Of a stretch of 48,796 nt of DNA, positions 19,274-29,048 are shown in pieces (the stretch's first letter is position 1; every line of letters begins with the position of its first letter). A program made the position numbers and the translations under genes. The notes under the pieces were generated by a model. That model was given only the letters and a program-made list of their open reading frames with translations. It was not told where the DNA came from and made no database searches. The stretch spans positions 1-48,796 of the forward strand of contig JAVVGP010000002.1 in assembly GCA_032249055.1 (NCBI GenBank), read 5' to 3'. This stretch comes from Thermoproteota archaeon (lineage in GTDB: Archaea; Thermoproteota; Thermoprotei; Gearchaeales; Gearchaeaceae).

Positions 19274-20472
19274 TTCAGTTTCAAATCGAACTCTCTTAGA
19301 TCTTTAGCATTACCTTCAACTATTGCTTCCATAACTTTGAAATCCTGATAAATTATATTTTTCCAATCTAATTTTTTAGCAGTGTTTCTCATAGAGCTGA
19401 AATCTTTATTTTCAACTTCTTTCAAAGCGAGTTCTAAGTCTTCAGCGATCATATTTGCATTTGAAGGATCTCTAAAATACATTGCTACGTTGCCCAAAGA
19501 TCTTGAAATACCTTCAGTTTTCGTAACCAAAAAAGGCTTGCACATGCTTAAATATTCTCTTATTCTTGTATGAAGATTTGCGCGGTTCATTCTTGTTACA
19601 GGTAATAAAGGTAATGCGCATAATGATGCTGAAGCTATATAGTTTGGCAATTCTTCATATTCTATCCATCCTGTTAGTTTAACTTCTTTAGCTAAACCAT
19701 TTTCATTTATTAAAGATCTTAAATAATTCATATAATTTGGCTTACCTTCTCCTACAATTAATAGAGAAGCTTTTTCTTTTAGTTTATTAAAAGCTTTTAC
19801 CAATAAATGAACTCCATCATAAAGTCCCATGTCACCATGATAAAAAATTACTTTATCATTCAGTTCAAGCTTACTTTTTATAATATCAGGATTTGTTTTA
19901 TCAGGATTGAAATGCTCTGTATCAACACCATTTGGTATTACTGCAACTCTTTCTTTGTTAAGACCATATTCATTCCAATAATCTCTGCCTAAATCTGTTT
20001 CAACGTTTGCATAATCTACATTTCTAGCTATTTTCTTCTCCATTCTTTTTAAAAAAGGTACCACCAAATTTTTAAAAGGCATATCAAATTGAACGTAAAG
20101 GTCGCTTATAAAGTCGGTTAGCTCTGCATAAATTGGAATCTTTATTTCTTTTTTGTTTGATATTGCTGCATAAGTTGGCAAGATATTAATAGTTCTAATT
20201 ATATCAAATTTTTCTTGTTTACATAGTTCTTTTATTTTCTTTCTCATTTCCCTCATTATTTTTATTCTTGAAAAAATGTTGAATTGCTTAAATTCTAAAT
20301 TTATGTATTCATAATTAGCTAAGTTATCTTCTGGCAAATCTGATTTAGGACAAATAACTGTTATATCGTTTCCTAATTCTGAAAGATACTTAACGCTATA
20401 ATTTGGTCTTCCTGCTCTTTTCTTAGATGGCAGAGACTGTTCGCAAACCAGCAAAATTTTAAGTTTATCCAC
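19270..20472 (-). CDS. GT-B (GT4-like) glycosyltransferase
   Basis: IPNGVDTEHFNP; VIFYHGDMGLYDGVHLLVKAFNKL; LLIVGEG. GTG start codon. 4-nt overlap with the downstream GT4 gene. Confidence 0.7.
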   Translation of the reverse strand: MDKLKILLVCEQSLPSKKRAGRPNYSVKYLSELGNDITVICPKSDLPEDNLANYEYINLEFKQFNIFSRIKIMREMRKKIKELCKQEKFDIIRTINILPTYAAISNKKEIKIPIYAELTDFISDLYVQFDMPFKNLVVPFLKRMEKKIARNVDYANVETDLGRDYWNEYGLNKERVAVIPNGVDTEHFNPDKTNPDIIKSKLELNDKVIFYHGDMGLYDGVHLLVKAFNKLKEKASLLIVGEGKPNYMNYLRSLINENGLAKEVKLTGWIEYEELPNYIASASLCALPLLPVTRMNRANLHTRIREYLSMCKPFLVTKTEGISRSLGNVAMYFRDPSNANMIAEDLELALKEVENKDFSSMRNTAKKLDWKNIIYQDFKVMEAIVEGNAKDLREFDLKLN

Positions 20473-20597
20473 TGAAAAAGTTAAAAATTACATTAATTAT
20501 TCTGCAAAATAATTTTAGAATATGAATATTTTTTTATTATCTTAATTTTAAATAACAAAATCGCAATGAAATTTAGTTTTAAGAATAATCTTATCGA

Positions 20598-22415
20598 TTA
20601 TTTAGAAATTCTAATTAAATATGAGTCCCTGTTATTAAAAAGTATATCATTATTGTTTTTGTATATCAAAAAATTTAAATAATTTGAAAACGATGCTGGA
20701 GATATATCGTTAGCCCATCTTTCAATAGTATAGGTACTTATAGCTATATAAGAATTGCTCATATTCATATCAAGCGATAATTTATAATAAGCTATTGAAG
20801 AAGGGAGAGTTCCATTAAAATGATAAGGCAAAATACTTGGGTCTATTGTTCCAAAAATTTTTGTATGAGATTTCATATAAAGTATGAATTTAGCTAAGGA
20901 AAATGATTGCTGAGTAGTGTACATTATTCCTTGTGATGGATAACTATATTTTGCAAAATAAGGAGAGTCATCTGTTAATAAATTAGATGAAAAGAAAGCA
21001 AAAACAATAAGAAGCAATAGCAAAGCAAACGTGGTTTTCCTCTTGAAAACAATAAAGGATCCAGCTAAAAAAGATACAGGTACTAATATGTAAAGTATTG
21101 CTATAGTTTGTTCCACTGCAGTACCAGAAAAAAGAACAATAAAATTATATGCTACAATAGTTAAGGCAGTCAAAGCAAGAAAATAACTTTTAAAGTTTCT
21201 TCCGTTTATAAAAGCATATAATAAACCTACTGTTCCTAGATATATCACTATAGAATACCATGCATGGGATAAAGTATAGAATGTTAAAGAATCTAAATTT
21301 GGATCAAAATAAGGAGTTGAAGGACTTTCTAGTTTCAAACTATATGCTGGATATATTAGACGGGGTAAAATCTCGGAAAAAAAAGGAAAAGCATGGAAAA
21401 ACAAATAGAAAATGATCAATCCAAAATAAATTATTGAATATGTTCTCAGGTACTTATTATAAGTAATTAAAACAAATGTCAAAACTAACATTACGATCGC
21501 AAAAATAATTGCTGCTGTAGGATGGAATAAAAACATGGTAATTGAACTTAAGACTAAAATTATTATGAATTTCCTATTTTCTTCAATCCTTATTAATGAG
21601 TAAAAAGAAATTATGAAAAAAATGAATGAAAAGGGATGCAGAGTATAGGAATTGAAAGATGTATAGCTATAAATCAAGCTAAAAACTATTGTTGATATCA
21701 ATGAAACTCTTATGTTATTTGAAATTCTATAAACAATAATATAAGCAAAAAATAAAGAAACACTAACTATTAGCGAATTGATTAACATATACATGAATGT
21801 TACTTTACCAAATGGGATTAGCCAAATTATTGAATTAAGAATATAATATAATGGGAAGTATGTATAACCACCTAAGTAATCAGGGACATGTGCTAAATTA
21901 TAAACCCTTACACTATTAAAGTAATGGTAATAAGGATCCCACCATGGTGGAACGCCGTTAATTAAATACAAGCTTATTCTTTGTACGAAATGTAGAATAA
22001 CTAGCTGTACTAATATAAGCAGTGCTATTTTCTTTGAAATTTTAAAAAATATAGCTTGAAAAGTAAGCAAGGCCATCGCTACTGTAATGAATATGTAAAA
22101 CTCTATTACTCTGTAAACATTGCTGATATAAATCGAGTAAATTGTTGCTGAGATAAAGAATGAAAAAATGATAGTTAAGGCAAAATTAAGTTTATCATTC
22201 TTAATATTAAATTCATTAAAGTTTGGTTTTTGAATTAAATATAAATATGTAGCTATTCCAAGAACAACGCCTAAAAAGTTCAGGGTTATAAAGTATCCTG
22301 TTACTGTAAATTTTATAAAAAGAGAAATAAGTAGAAAGATAAGTAGTATAATTGATAGAGGAAATAATATTTTAATAGTTCTTAAATTTATTATTTTTTC
22401 AAAAATAATACTCAT
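20598..22415 (-). CDS. polytopic membrane protein, possible GT-C-type glycosyltransferase or polymerase
   Basis: 605 aa and almost entirely hydrophobic helices. It has an early loop motif VPPWWDPYYHYFNSVRV and a ~110-aa C-terminal soluble tail. Confidence 0.4.
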   Translation of the reverse strand: MSIIFEKIINLRTIKILFPLSIILLIFLLISLFIKFTVTGYFITLNFLGVVLGIATYLYLIQKPNFNEFNIKNDKLNFALTIIFSFFISATIYSIYISNVYRVIEFYIFITVAMALLTFQAIFFKISKKIALLILVQLVILHFVQRISLYLINGVPPWWDPYYHYFNSVRVYNLAHVPDYLGGYTYFPLYYILNSIIWLIPFGKVTFMYMLINSLIVSVSLFFAYIIVYRISNNIRVSLISTIVFSLIYSYTSFNSYTLHPFSFIFFIISFYSLIRIEENRKFIIILVLSSITMFLFHPTAAIIFAIVMLVLTFVLITYNKYLRTYSIIYFGLIIFYLFFHAFPFFSEILPRLIYPAYSLKLESPSTPYFDPNLDSLTFYTLSHAWYSIVIYLGTVGLLYAFINGRNFKSYFLALTALTIVAYNFIVLFSGTAVEQTIAILYILVPVSFLAGSFIVFKRKTTFALLLLLIVFAFFSSNLLTDDSPYFAKYSYPSQGIMYTTQQSFSLAKFILYMKSHTKIFGTIDPSILPYHFNGTLPSSIAYYKLSLDMNMSNSYIAISTYTIERWANDISPASFSNYLNFLIYKNNNDILFNNRDSYLIRISK

Positions 22416-22479
22416 TTAAAATGACAAAATCTTATAATTTTGATAATTTTTAATTTTTAAATTATAGATATTTTTAAAC

Positions 22480-23760
22480 TCATTCAGGAGTTGGAATAAC
22501 TTTAAAATTCAAAGACCTAAGATTTTCAATAGTTCTCTCTAAATATTTCTTTGCCATATAGCTTTCCTCTAGACTTTCAGCATCAAGATAAACTTTTGGA
22601 TAGTAAATTATATATACATCAAGATTTTGAAATGAATCTACAAATTTCTCAATATCCTTGATTAGACTTGTTATTATATAAGCCGTATTGATATTCCCAC
22701 TTTCCATATTTTTATCATCAAATAAAACTTTGGTTTCAAAATAATTTTGATTGTTCATATCAAATATTTTAAACAAAATCTCATTTTTAAACAAATACAA
22801 AATTTCTTTTAACTTTTCTGATGGTATAATGTCTTTTATTTTATATATATCTTCCAGCTTTATCTTATAATAATCGATGATATACTTTAAAACTTTTTCA
22901 AGGATGCTTGATTTATTTCCTATTTCTTGTTTTATAATTAATTTATCTTTTCCGTAAATTTCAATTATTAAAGGAACTTCCCTTGAGACATAGTTCATTA
23001 TAAGACTTAAAAAATAACTGCCAAGCTCATCTTTCGTTATTTCGCCTGGAAATCTTGTATCGAAAAGAATATAAAGAGTCCCTCCCTTTTCTTCATGGAA
23101 TTCTTTTACAAATAATTTTGTATGTCTTGCTGTAGCTTTCCAATCTATCCTTCTTATTGTTTCTCCTTGTACATATTCCCTACTGTAAGCATATTCGGTT
23201 CCTAATCCTATTTTTGGTTGTGGAAACTCTCCTATACCATAATATCCCATTTTAGCAAGCAAACCTATCGCTTCAATTATTTTTAAATAAATTAATGGAT
23301 AAACTGTAAGTTCAATTTTTATGGGAATTTTATATAGTCCTTCGAAGAATGAAAACTTGCTTTTAAACCTAGATTTTATTCCATCAAGCTTGTAAATTCC
23401 AGAATGATTTGGTTTAAGAAGTAAAGTTAGTTCTTTCTTTCCCTTTTTTAATTCCTCTTGGGAAAAACTTAACCATGATTCCTTTTCTATTTTTAAATCG
23501 ATTTCACTTTCAATTACAATATTATATGATATTACGTTTTTCCTGAAAATACTTGCTTGAATATGGTTTGGCTCTACTTTAATTTTTTTAAATTTTTTAT
23601 ATATTGTTTTAAAACTAAGGAAATCATAGAGAAGTAGTGAAGCCAAGCTTATCGAAATAAACATGATAATCCAATCGAAGAAAAAAATACCAAGTAATAA
23701 TGCTACTAAAGAAGAAAGTGATATCTTAATCCCTTTGGAGGTTAACTTAATATGTTTCAA
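22480..23760 (-). CDS. DUF58 domain protein (MoxR partner), N-terminally membrane anchored
   Basis: IRRIDWKATARHTKLFVKEFHEEKGGTLYILFD is the classic DUF58 signature. The TTG start is embedded in a TTGA overlap with the moxR stop. Confidence 0.8.
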   Translation of the reverse strand: MKHIKLTSKGIKISLSSLVALLLGIFFFDWIIMFISISLASLLLYDFLSFKTIYKKFKKIKVEPNHIQASIFRKNVISYNIVIESEIDLKIEKESWLSFSQEELKKGKKELTLLLKPNHSGIYKLDGIKSRFKSKFSFFEGLYKIPIKIELTVYPLIYLKIIEAIGLLAKMGYYGIGEFPQPKIGLGTEYAYSREYVQGETIRRIDWKATARHTKLFVKEFHEEKGGTLYILFDTRFPGEITKDELGSYFLSLIMNYVSREVPLIIEIYGKDKLIIKQEIGNKSSILEKVLKYIIDYYKIKLEDIYKIKDIIPSEKLKEILYLFKNEILFKIFDMNNQNYFETKVLFDDKNMESGNINTAYIITSLIKDIEKFVDSFQNLDVYIIYYPKVYLDAESLEESYMAKKYLERTIENLRSLNFKVIPTPE

Positions 23761-24692
23761 AATTTTGGAACAGGAATGCTTTCTAGAACAGCATTTATGC
23801 TCTCTCGAACTTTAATTCTCTCAGCTTGAAGTTCAGGTAACAAAGATACCCTATGTGCTAAGACATAAGGTGCAACAAATTTCACATCATCTGGAATGAC
23901 AAAATTTCTTCCTTCAAGTAAAGCTTTTACTCTTGCAAGTTTGAAAAGCCAAATAGTTGCTCTTGGACTTAGAGAAAATTTGAAGAAGGTTTTATCTTCT
24001 CTTATTCTTTGAATAATATCAATAATGTATTCTTTGACCTTATCTGAAACATATATTTGTTTTGCTTGTTCAGATAATTCCTCTATTTGTTCAGGAGTCG
24101 TAACTTGCTTAACATCGAAAAGTTCAATTTTATCAATGTTTGAGATTATTGAGATTTCTTCCTCTCTTTTTGGATATTCTAGCTCAATTTTTACTGCAAA
24201 TCTATCCAATTGATGTGGAGCCAAAGGATAAGTTCCTGGATATCCATAGGGCAATTGAGTAGCTATTACTAAGAATGGTCTCGGAAGTTGAAAAGTTTTC
24301 CCTTCAATTGTAACCTGTAGCTCTTGCATTGCTTCTAAAAAAGCAGCTTGTGTTTTAGGAGGAGCTCCGTTAAATTCGTCAGCCATAACAACATGGGCAA
24401 ATATCGGTCCTTTTTTTATCTCAAACTCCTGAGTTTTTTGATTATAAACACTAGTACCAATTATATCTCCAGGTAATGTATCAACAGTAAGCTGAATTCT
24501 ATTAAATTTTCCTCCTATAACTCTAGCTATAGTCTTTGCTAAAGTTGTTTTTCCTACTCCAGGAGGACCTTCAAGAAGAATGTGACCTTTAGCTATCAAC
24601 GTCATTATTGAAATTTCAATTATTTCTTTATTTCCTACTATTATTTTAGAAATTTCGTTAACAATTGCATTATAAATTTTATTGACTTCCAT
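23757..24692 (-). CDS. moxR: MoxR-family AAA+ ATPase
   Basis: GHILLEGPPGVGKTTLAK (Walker A), VVMADEFNGAPPKTQAAFLEAMQE (Walker B region), QLDRF and LSPRA. Confidence 0.9.
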   Translation of the reverse strand: MEVNKIYNAIVNEISKIIVGNKEIIEISIMTLIAKGHILLEGPPGVGKTTLAKTIARVIGGKFNRIQLTVDTLPGDIIGTSVYNQKTQEFEIKKGPIFAHVVMADEFNGAPPKTQAAFLEAMQELQVTIEGKTFQLPRPFLVIATQLPYGYPGTYPLAPHQLDRFAVKIELEYPKREEEISIISNIDKIELFDVKQVTTPEQIEELSEQAKQIYVSDKVKEYIIDIIQRIREDKTFFKFSLSPRATIWLFKLARVKALLEGRNFVIPDDVKFVAPYVLAHRVSLLPELQAERIKVRESINAVLESIPVPKF

Positions 24693-25632
24693 ATTTCTCT
24701 CTTTCCTCTTTTATTTTTCTAAGAAGATCTATATCCCAATCTGGATTCTCCCTAATTATCCTTTCTAATTCATTTGATTTTGCTAACATATTATTTTCTT
24801 TAATTTTAAACAAAAATATAAATGCAATACACCCAGCTAAGATAATATATTTAATTAAAGAAGTAGAGATCGCTGAATATAGCAAGTACGCATATTCTTT
24901 TAAATATGTTAAGGCATCGGCTTCCCAATGTAATACATCTAGAATAGCTGTTCTGTTTTGAATTAGAAAATATAAAAGCTTTGCATTATCTCCTTCATTT
25001 ATGAATGAATTGACCCAAATGTAAGGAGTTGCTATTAGTATAATTTTTCCTTTACCATAATTAATAGAAGCTGCGACAGTAAAAGGACCGAATTTTTCTG
25101 TATTGTTGATTTTTATGTAGCTGAATACACTTGTGCTTGCAATTAAATCATGTTTTGAATCTAATATTAAATACGTAGAATAATACAAGCTCAAGTTTTT
25201 TAGATTTTGAATTGAAGAAAAACCACGCAAAATTAATGAATTACCAAAGTTAAAAACCGGATCATTTACTGTTTGATTTCCAAATCTTGCATCCAAACCT
25301 AGGCCATTAAGTAACTGGTTTCCTGAGCCAAAGTTATCTGCGAGGATTAGCAATCCACCATTATTTAAAAATCGTTCTATGTTATCTATCTCCTCCTCAT
25401 AAAAAGGCTTTTGAGGACCTATGATTATTAAAACAAAATCTTGACCAAAAGTTGGCAAAGAAGAATAAGTAGTTAACCTTATGGCGTTCAATTTAGATTT
25501 AAGTAAAGATAGTCCATTCCAATAAGGATTGAGATCACTAAAAACTTGAACACTTGGCAAATAATTTATTATATATAGAATAGCAATCAAAATTGTCAAG
25601 GTAGCAACAAATAAGATTATTCTACTTTTCAT
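24679..25632 (-). CDS. DUF4350-like membrane-anchored protein
   Basis: N- and C-terminal TM helices flank a domain with VLIIIGPQKPFYEEEIDNIERFLNNGGLLILADNFG and GKGKIILIATPYIWVNSFINEGDNAKLL. It sits directly upstream of moxR, as in DUF4129-DUF4350-MoxR-DUF58 neighbourhoods. Confidence 0.5.
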   Translation of the reverse strand: MKSRIILFVATLTILIAILYIINYLPSVQVFSDLNPYWNGLSLLKSKLNAIRLTTYSSLPTFGQDFVLIIIGPQKPFYEEEIDNIERFLNNGGLLILADNFGSGNQLLNGLGLDARFGNQTVNDPVFNFGNSLILRGFSSIQNLKNLSLYYSTYLILDSKHDLIASTSVFSYIKINNTEKFGPFTVAASINYGKGKIILIATPYIWVNSFINEGDNAKLLYFLIQNRTAILDVLHWEADALTYLKEYAYLLYSAISTSLIKYIILAGCIAFIFLFKIKENNMLAKSNELERIIRENPDWDIDLLRKIKEEREKYGSQ

Positions 25633-27511
25633 AGATTTCTCTTAGTTTGTTAAATAATATAATATCATTCTTAATTTCTTCTTCGCTTAGACCAAAGCCG
25701 TAAATTTTCTTTTCATGATCGAGGCTTATTTTCTCGTAATATTCGTATCCTTTAAGAATATCTTTTACTATTCTAAGATATTCCCTTATGGTTTGGTTCT
25801 TTTTAGGAATTTTACCAGTTACTTGTGAAACAAATAATGTAGCTTGCCAATAGATATCGCTAACATCAATTTTCTCGAGAATTTTAGTTTCTTCTCTTTT
25901 TTCCTCAGTAGATATTTCGCTTTTTCTGCGACTATTTAGTTTCATCATAATAGGCGTAAGAATCAATGCTGCTGGTAAAAAGACTTCCAAAGGATTCAAA
26001 ACAAATATGGATATATTCTGTTTTAAAGGAGAGATCCATGCTTCATTTGGTTTAACATATATTGTTAATTCCCAGTTTCCAGTAGAGGTAAAAAAATTAG
26101 AGTTAATATAAATTTTAAACGAGCCATTAGAATTTGTTAAAGTATAAGAGTTAACTCCATGACCATAAACTTGAATTTGCGAATTATTTAAAGGAGTATC
26201 ATTTGAAAGTACTTTTCCTGATATAATTAATGCAGATCCGCTGAGTATAAACTTAGGATAATCTATAAGCAATTGAATTGAATACCTTTCTACCGTTATA
26301 ATTGAAGCATAAGATACTGGAGCTATCAAATCTTTTGCAACAGTTTGAATTGAAAAAATTATATTGCCTGCTGTTTGATCTTCAGGAACAAAAATTATGA
26401 AGTTAAAACTGCCTTCATCATTTGTTGTTGTATTATAAATTTTGTTAAAAATTTTCAAGAATACTGTAATATTTGAAACTGGTATTGAGTTAAGACTTAA
26501 ATTTCCTTTGATTTGAAAACTCTCACCAGGATAAACCTTTGAGGGTACATGAACATGTAATGTTGGAGTAAAATAGAGTAAAGTCAAACTTATCTTATTT
26601 GAAACTGCAGGAGAATACTTTTTAGTATCATTGCCTGTAGGGAAATAGCTTGCAAAAATATATGTTATACTTTTATAAATATAAGGTATTCGTATAATTC
26701 CTGAAAAGCTTCCATCATTCTTTGTTGTAAAGTTATTGAGAAATATATTTTCTAAAAATATAGATATTTGCTTTTCACCTATTCCTGTATCATTTCTTGC
26801 CATAAGTCTTCCTTCTAATAATATTTCAGAACCAATGTATGCTTCGGTTGTATTCGCAATTAAAAATAATGATGTAGGTGTTATTTCATCATTCAAAATT
26901 CTTGTTTGGATATCCTTTATTAAATAAAACAAATCAAGAAATTCATGCAAGTATTTTAAATAAACATCGTTTAAGCCCTTCAAATGTTTAGCTAGTAAAG
27001 CTGATTCTTCTCCCAATGAGTTAGAAATTAAATGGAAGGCTTGGTTTAATTCATTCAGAGTTGAATTCACAGAAACTAAAGTTGCATTAACAGAGTTAAG
27101 AATAATTGTTGCGTTTCCAAGATCCGAAATTTTTACATAAAACTTAGCTTCATATAAAGAGGAATTTAATTGTAAGAACTGCTGGTTAAGCCGATTAAAA
27201 AGCTCATTTATCCTTTTAAAAATTATTCTCAAATCTGAAGGATATTTGACATAGTTTAATTGATCTAGAATTTCAGACGCTGAGGCATTATCTCCTCTTT
27301 TTATTGCATCAATCAACCTTATATATAGATTTACAATCGATAAACTAGGCGCTGTTTCTTGTTTAAGTTCATAAGGATTGTGAGGGATCACCAAATTTTT
27401 TGTTTGTTTGATTTCATAAGTCGGCAAATAATTATACAAACCGTTTGTTAAAACTAAAATAAGAAGCACTATCGATAATATTCCCAAGATATCATATTTT
27501 CTGAATCTCAT
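25622..27511 (-). CDS. large envelope protein: N-terminal TM, coiled-coil region, three CarboxypepD_reg/Ig-like repeats, TM, C-terminal DUF4129-like domain
   Basis: Three repeats end in ...NDGSFSGIIRIP, ...NDEGSFNFIIFVP and ...NSNGSFKIYINSN. The C-terminal QTIREYLRIVKDIL...KKIYGFGLSEEE resembles DUF4129. Many N-x-S/T sequons. Confidence 0.5.
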   Translation of the reverse strand: MRFRKYDILGILSIVLLILVLTNGLYNYLPTYEIKQTKNLVIPHNPYELKQETAPSLSIVNLYIRLIDAIKRGDNASASEILDQLNYVKYPSDLRIIFKRINELFNRLNQQFLQLNSSLYEAKFYVKISDLGNATIILNSVNATLVSVNSTLNELNQAFHLISNSLGEESALLAKHLKGLNDVYLKYLHEFLDLFYLIKDIQTRILNDEITPTSLFLIANTTEAYIGSEILLEGRLMARNDTGIGEKQISIFLENIFLNNFTTKNDGSFSGIIRIPYIYKSITYIFASYFPTGNDTKKYSPAVSNKISLTLLYFTPTLHVHVPSKVYPGESFQIKGNLSLNSIPVSNITVFLKIFNKIYNTTTNDEGSFNFIIFVPEDQTAGNIIFSIQTVAKDLIAPVSYASIITVERYSIQLLIDYPKFILSGSALIISGKVLSNDTPLNNSQIQVYGHGVNSYTLTNSNGSFKIYINSNFFTSTGNWELTIYVKPNEAWISPLKQNISIFVLNPLEVFLPAALILTPIMMKLNSRRKSEISTEEKREETKILEKIDVSDIYWQATLFVSQVTGKIPKKNQTIREYLRIVKDILKGYEYYEKISLDHEKKIYGFGLSEEEIKNDIILFNKLREIYEK

Positions 27512-27753
27512 ACTAAAAACAATGCTTTAATTATGTAAATAACTACTATATAAACAAAAATGATAAATAGCGATAAGCCCAAATAATCAAAATACTTTCT
27601 TCTAGGAGAATAAATTTCAGAAACTAAAAAATACACAATAATATAAGCAAGTAAATATACTTCAATCAAGTTTACATTATAGGATATAAATAATATATCT
27701 AGAAATACAATGATTAATACTAATGTAAGTAAGTATTTTGTATGTTTATTCAA
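27508..27753 (-). CDS. small integral membrane protein (81 aa, about 3 TM)
   Basis: Hydrophobic throughout. TTG start in a TTGA overlap with the upstream gene and a 4-nt overlap downstream. Confidence 0.5.
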   Translation of the reverse strand: MNKHTKYLLTLVLIIVFLDILFISYNVNLIEVYLLAYIIVYFLVSEIYSPRRKYFDYLGLSLFIIFVYIVVIYIIKALFLV

Positions 27754-28448
27754 TATAAAAGTCTTAAATGTATATAAATCTTATCTTTTTGAACTTCTTC
27801 TTTAACTATTCTTACAGGAGTTTTTTTCATTGTTACTACTGTTAAAGCAGCTAAGCTAGCAGGTAAAGAACCTAAACATTTTGAAAATTGAGGTAGCTTT
27901 TCCTTCGTATTTGGTTTGGTTATTTCTATAATTATATTTTCAGCAGTTTCAACAGCTATAACTTTGGAACAAAATTCAGTCATATCGACAAGGACTTTTT
28001 CCAAAGCTTCACTCAAAGAGAAATCATAATTTAAAATATTCTTAACTATTGTACATCCTGGAGGATAAAATTTTATAACAGGTATATTCCTAACAAGCAA
28101 GAAAACATTTCTTTTATCGATTTCTTCAATAGGCAAACTCTCAATCGTTTTAATGGGTAAAATAACTGAAGCATAACCTTCATTTGGAGGGAGGTAAATA
28201 GCCTTAGATTCAATTTTAAGTTCTTCAAGAATAGCCTCTATAGTTAAAGCTGAACTTTCAATCAAAGATCTTATCGTTGCTGGCGGAGTCGGTTCTTCGG
28301 GAAGCATTATTGCTGCAATTCCTATAATTATTGCTCCTATTCCTATTGCTGTTAAAGGTATGTTTCCATAAAAAACATAAAAGAAAAATGAAACTATAAT
28401 ACCGAATATTATTAAGACCTTTCCAAATAACGAATAACTTTCTCTCAT
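27750..28448 (-). CDS. membrane-anchored hypothetical protein (232 aa)
   Basis: Two N-terminal TM helices, then a soluble domain with no motif I recognise. Translationally coupled on both sides. Confidence 0.5.
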   Translation of the reverse strand: MRESYSLFGKVLIIFGIIVSFFFYVFYGNIPLTAIGIGAIIIGIAAIMLPEEPTPPATIRSLIESSALTIEAILEELKIESKAIYLPPNEGYASVILPIKTIESLPIEEIDKRNVFLLVRNIPVIKFYPPGCTIVKNILNYDFSLSEALEKVLVDMTEFCSKVIAVETAENIIIEITKPNTKEKLPQFSKCLGSLPASLAALTVVTMKKTPVRIVKEEVQKDKIYIHLRLLY

Positions 28449-29047
28449 ATTTTTTCAGCTTGATTTAATAACTTTAAGTAAGGTAATTTTCTGAAAATTG
28501 ATATGATTGAAAAAATTAAAGTTGTAGAGATCAAAGCTACCAAAACTGGCTCAAGTCGAATGCCCCATGGTGTATAATTAAGAATAAAACCTTCTAAAGC
28601 TACAATTCCAATACTTAAAGCGATTGAAAGACTTAATCTTTCAATACCGTTTAATTCATCAGGTTTAGGAAAAATGCTCTCAATTAATACGTAACCTGGC
28701 AAAAATAGAATAAAAATTGAACCTAGAATATATCTGAAGTATAAAATAGGATATATCTGGGGCATTAAATATATAGTGTACAAAGTTATTAGACTAATTA
28801 CTAGAACACTCCAAAACCAAGAAGAATATCCTGATTTTAAATAACTAAAAAAATTTGTTGGAGGATTATAGTCAATTTTAGCTAACAGACCTTCATCTAT
28901 TAAATCATTTATTATTTTCAATACTTTACTCCTTTTTAAACCTGTTTTAATTCTAATTTGTTTAACAATTTCATTAACTGTCAACGTTTCTTTTTCCAAC
29001 AGTTCTAAAATCATTGATCTAACTTGTTTATCTGATACTTTTTGCAT
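28445..29047 (-). CDS. winged-helix DNA-binding-like domain fused to a DUF1616-type multi-TM module
   Basis: The N-terminal 60 aa, LELLEKETLTVNEIVKQIRIKTGLKRSKVLKIINDLIDEGLL, is wHTH-like. It is followed by 4-5 TM helices with FLPGYVLIESIFP...IERLSLSIALSIG, reminiscent of the membrane part of archaeal DUF1616 proteins. Confidence 0.45.
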   Translation of the reverse strand: MQKVSDKQVRSMILELLEKETLTVNEIVKQIRIKTGLKRSKVLKIINDLIDEGLLAKIDYNPPTNFFSYLKSGYSSWFWSVLVISLITLYTIYLMPQIYPILYFRYILGSIFILFLPGYVLIESIFPKPDELNGIERLSLSIALSIGIVALEGFILNYTPWGIRLEPVLVALISTTLIFSIISIFRKLPYLKLLNQAEKI

Positions 29048-29048
29048 C

